This document shows positions 59,981 to 64,000 of a stretch of 64,000 nucleotides of DNA, in pieces (the first letter of the stretch is position 1; each line of letters starts with the position of its first letter). The position numbers and the translations under genes are program-made. Where the stretch lies: contig NC_068988.1 of assembly GCF_001194135.2 (NCBI RefSeq), forward strand, positions 50,396,107-50,460,106, given 5' to 3'. This DNA is from Octopus bimaculoides (lineage: Eukaryota). Under the pieces are notes generated by a model. The model saw only the letters and a list, made by a program, of their open reading frames with translations. It made no database searches and was not told the origin of the DNA.

Positions 59981-60197
59981 AAAAGGCAGTGAGCTGGCAG
60001 AATCATCAGCACGCCAGGCAAAATGCTTAGTAGCATTTCATCCATCGTAGCATTCTGGATTCAAATGCCGCCAGAGTTGACTTCGTCTTTCATCCTTTTG
60101 GTGTCGATAAAATAAGTACCAGTTGAGCACTGGGGCCATTGTAATCGACTTACTTGCTCCCTGCGAAATTTCTGGCCTTGTGCTAAAATTTGAAACG
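59981..60197 (+). mobile_element. SINE family 1, full-length, with 13-bp TSD (1 mismatch)
   Basis: AATATTATTTCCT at 59968-59980 and AATATAATTTCCT at 60198-60210. Confidence 0.88.
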
Positions 60198-60650
60198 AAT
60201 ATAATTTCCTGAAATTTTGTCATTAACACAAATCTGATGAAAAACAAAAGAACAAGTTGTCTTCTTTGGAATAACTCAAAGATGTACCTTTTTAGGAGAG
60301 AAGATTGTAGCTGTAATTAAACAGTGAAATTGAACTGATAATAACATGTGAATTACTATTACATATGTCATGGTATGACTGGAAACCAGGGTTGCTTATC
60401 ATGGATTGCTGAATTTTTTATGAGGAATTCTATTGGAGTTTTAAATCGTATCAAAATCCATACCAATTCAACAATAATAATAGAAAAAAAAGGCTTGGTA
60501 AGAATTCTCACAGAGAAGAACATTCAATCAGTTACGTGGAGAGGATGAAGAACTGGTGGGATGTAAAATAAGCCCTTGCTAATCACATCTCAATGCAAAG
60601 CTATGTTCATTGCAAAAATAAATAAATAGATAAATAAATAAATAAATAGG

Positions 60651-61030
60651 CACAGGCATGGCTGTATAGTAAAAAGCTGGCTTTCCCAACCACATGGTTT
60701 CAAGTTCAGTCCTACTACGTGGCACTTTGGGCAAGTGTCTTCTACTATAACCTCAGGCTGACCAAAGCCTTGTGAGTTGATTTGGTTGATGGAAACTGAA
60801 AGAAGCCTGTCATATGCATATATATCTGTGTGTGTGTGTTTCTTTGTGTCTGTGTTTGTCCCCCACTGCTGCTTGACAACCAGAGCTGGTGTGTTCACAT
60901 CCCCATAACTTAGCAGTTCAATAAAAGATATCGATATAATAAGAACCAGGCTTTAAAAAAAGTACTGGGGTCTTCAAGATGGTGCCCCAGCATGGCCACA
61001 GACTAATAACTGAAACAAGAAAAGATAAAG
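60651..61030 (+). mobile_element. SINE family 2 copy
   Basis: Complete from head to the ACTGAAACAAGAAAAGATAAAG tail. Confidence 0.82.
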
Positions 61031-61573
61031 ATAAAATAAATAAATAAAAAATAAGTTGTTTTGCATGGCAAAATCAACCAGTAGAAATGTATGGCAAAAC
61101 AATCATCTCAAATCTTTAGATTCTTCCTTCAAGAGAAATGTGAAAAATCATGACCATAAAATAAGGAGAAGAATGTTACTATTTCACAGATATATAATGT
61201 AGCTATTTACCTGCAAAAGTGGGCAGAAAATACAAAGCAGGACTTTACTACAGATTTTAACAAACCAAGCATGATGATGACTTAAGCAGGCTATGTTAAA
61301 TTATTCATACTCTACTTCAAGTATTGAGTACTTCTGAGTACTTTTCCTTCATTTCCAGTATTTCAACAGACCTGGTCACTCCATTTTCTTCTGTTCTTTA
61401 TTAGGAATGTATATTGTAGTTTTTAGAAGAAGTACATATCTCTTGCATGTTTGAAAGAAACAGTTAAAAGGGGTTTGCATCAAGAAACATATCTGGTCAT
61501 AGAACACTGTCTCAAAAAGCCCCTCCCTGTAGCTTAATACCACCATGGAAAAGTAATAATGATTTATATATAT

Positions 61574-61678
61574 NNNNNNNNNNNNNNNNNNNNNNNNNNN
61601 NNNNNNNNNNNNNNNNNNNNNNNNNNNNNNNNNNNNNNNNNNNNNNNNNNNNNNNNNNNNNNNNNNNNNNNNNNNNNN
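61574..61678. other. Assembly gap within (TA)n
   Basis: N run. Confidence 1.
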
Positions 61679-61710
<32 letters not shown>

Positions 61711-61789
61711 TTATATATTCGTTTTGCAAGATTCTTGATGTGAACTTGTGTGTTGAAACAGATATTGTTGTATTTGGGGATGGTCATGT

Positions 61790-62535
61790 TGCCAGTTTAA
61801 CCAGTGATAGCACACGCACTATATATGTGGTGTTCACCTGCTTTAGTTTTATTTCATATTAATCATATTTCAGCCAAAGTTCTTTCGCCACACTTCTGTG
61901 ACCTCATCAGTGGTCCTTTGCTTTCTTCTTTCTTTTTTGTGTGTCTTTCCTTACTAATGATCAGCCATTTTATATTCCTATTGTATGCGTCTTTATTTGC
62001 ACATGCATATACACCTGTGTGAGTCTATGTTTAGTAAGTGTGTGGGGGGTGGGAATGTGCCTGTATTATCAGTATCCCCTGTTTATACACGTTCGTTTAG
62101 TTTGTTTTTATTTTTATTTATTTTGTTCATGTGTTTATACCTACTTATTTTTTCTATTCCTTCTTTTTTTTTTGTATTTAATTTAATTTAACTTTTTGTT
62201 AATGTATATAGTTATTTAGTTCCATTTGTTTATCTGTGTATTGTATTATATTATATTCATATTGTTATCAGTTTATGGGGATTTTATTCTGTCATAGGTT
62301 GTGGCGTGTTGGATGTGGGGTGCCAGTGTTCCATTCTAGTTTCCTATTCAGGCTAGGTTTATCTTCTATTATGTGTGTAGCTTCTGTAATTTGTCTAAGC
62401 ATTGTGTCTGTTCTATGTGTGGACAAGATTTTAACTTCTATGTTGTTGAGTGAGCCCCCATATTCCTGCTCGGTGTGCTGGTACAGAACCAATGAGCTCT
62501 TCTCTTCCTTAACTTTCTTCTCTCCTATGCGCCAT
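61790..62535 (-). mobile_element. Inverted terminal copy (pseudo-LTR) of the Penelope-like element: end of GIY-YIG domain + 3' UTR + hammerhead
   Basis: 61925-62535 is the reverse complement of about 63377-63993; the minus ORF encodes LRQITEATHIIEDKPSLNRKLEW; left boundary approximate. Confidence 0.85.
61874..61913 (-). ncRNA. Minimal type I hammerhead ribozyme in the PLE terminal repeat
   Basis: Minus strand CCA CUGAUGA G GUCAC-AGAAGU-GUGGC GAA AG-AA-CU U UGG; core CUGAUGA/GAAA/UH intact, 3-bp stem I, 5-bp stem II with one G-U pair. Confidence 0.7.
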
Positions 62536-63993
62536 ACTCTTGAAATAGAATTAGAAACTAATACTATGAAGAGCATCCAGTGAATAGCTAACACCATCCA
62601 CCAGAGTATTAAGTTCATGATAGACTACCCTACAAAACACCATAACCATAGTCCACCAGTACTAGATACAGAACTCTGGCTGGAAACTGTGAATAATAAA
62701 ACCCGAATCCTTCATTCACACTATGCCAAACCTATGGCCTCCAAATACCTGATCCACTGGAATTCAGCTATCACACACAATGCCAAATTCAATATATTGA
62801 TGGCAGACCTCGTCAGAATAATGAGAAATGTGTCCCGCATGTGCGACTCTACAGAGTTAAAGAGACACATAAACGTATTTTGTTCATAGCATGCAGTTCT
62901 CAAGATACAGCCATAGAGAAAGGATCAGAGTATACAAAGGAGCCATGAGGAAATTCGAAACTATCATACATAACAATAAGAATGGGATTTGCCCACTCTA
63001 TAGGAGCAAGTCATGGAACACTATTGAAAGGACTAAGAAGAAAATAGGGAAGGCCAACTCATGATATGACAGCCACAAATACCAGAGTGTCATTTTCGTC
63101 GACACCACCCCTAGAGGTGAACTGGCATACCGCTTTAGAAGGGCCCTAGACAAACTTAAGCTAAGAATTAAGGTTGTAGAAAGGCCAGGCAACCCTATCA
63201 AATCCCTAATCGGTAGAACCTACCCTTTTAGTAGAACCCCCTGTACTGATAGGAACTGTACTGTATGTAGATTTAGCCCAGAAACAAACTGTAAAGCCAG
63301 GAATGTAGTCTATAGTATAAGATGTACAGAGGACGGTGCAGTAACAAGACAACGCTATATGTGGGGAAAACAATATAGAGCATAGGAGAGCAGGTAAATG
63401 AGCACTGGAGGGAACTTAAGGAAGAGAAGAGCTCATCAGTTCTGTACCAGTACACCAAGCAGGAACACAGGGGCTCGTTCAGCAACATAAAAGTTAAAAG
63501 CTTGTCCACACATAGAACAGATGCAACGCTTAGACAAATTACAGAAGCTACACACATAGTAGAAGATAAACCTAGCCTGAATAGGAAACTAGAATAGAAC
63601 ACTAGCACACACACCCAACACACCACAACCTATGACAGAATAAAATCCCCATAAACTGATAACAATATGAATATAATATAATGCAATACACAGATAAACA
63701 AATGGAAATAAATAACTATATACATTAACAAAAAGTTAAATTAAATTAAATACAAAAAAAAGAAGGAATAGAAAAAATAAGTAGATATAAACACATGAAC
63801 AAAATAAATAAAAATAAAAACAAATTAAACGAACATGTATAAACAGGGGATACTGATAATACAGGAACATCCCCCCCCCACACACACTTACTAAACATAG
63901 ACTCACACAGGGGTATACGTATGTGCAAATAAATACGCATACAATAGGAATATAAAATGGCTGATCATTAGTAAAGAAAGACACAAAAAAGAA
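62536..63993 (+). mobile_element. 5'-truncated Penelope-like element (RT thumb, Cys-rich linker, GIY-YIG endonuclease, 3' UTR); pseudogenised
   Basis: SIKFMIDYPTKH..PVLDTELW..YAKPMAS (end of RT), CTDRNCTVC..NC linker, NVVYSIRC..Y(fs)VGKT..EH..LRQITEATHI..KPSLNRK (GIY-YIG); several stops and frameshifts. Confidence 0.88.
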
Positions 63994-64000
63994 ATTGTTA

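Overview
AT-rich, microsatellite-dense animal genomic DNA with five N gaps. The repeat families point to a coleoid cephalopod, most likely Octopus (inference, no search run). The only host gene I can support is the 3' half of a latrophilin-type adhesion GPCR (ADGRL/Cirl family) on the + strand. Its nine exons (432-534, 7065-7215, 9184-9250, 9832-9898, 10401-10495, 29039-29207, 30000-30125, 31272-31341, 31756-32621) have GT-AG boundaries and splice into one 570-aa frame covering TM2-TM7 and a long tail ending -FSEC*. The most interesting signals are splice modules that the ORF track does not show. These are an in-frame 75-nt cassette exon for intracellular loop 3 (19742-19816) with strong splice sites and an RBFOX motif, an apparent duplicated TM4/ECL2 exon (7640-7702) that is one base short of frame, and a frame-shifting 70-nt tail exon whose skipping would give a short-tailed receptor. 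The rest is mobile DNA: several tRNA-derived SINE families, RTE-like LINE relics, two R4/Dong-like RLE retrotransposon copies inside (CATA)n repeats, TIR elements/MITEs, and a Penelope-like element with an inverted terminal copy. Three minimal hammerhead ribozyme motifs are present, one with an intact core and two degenerate. Repeat boundaries were placed by eye and may be off by tens of bases.
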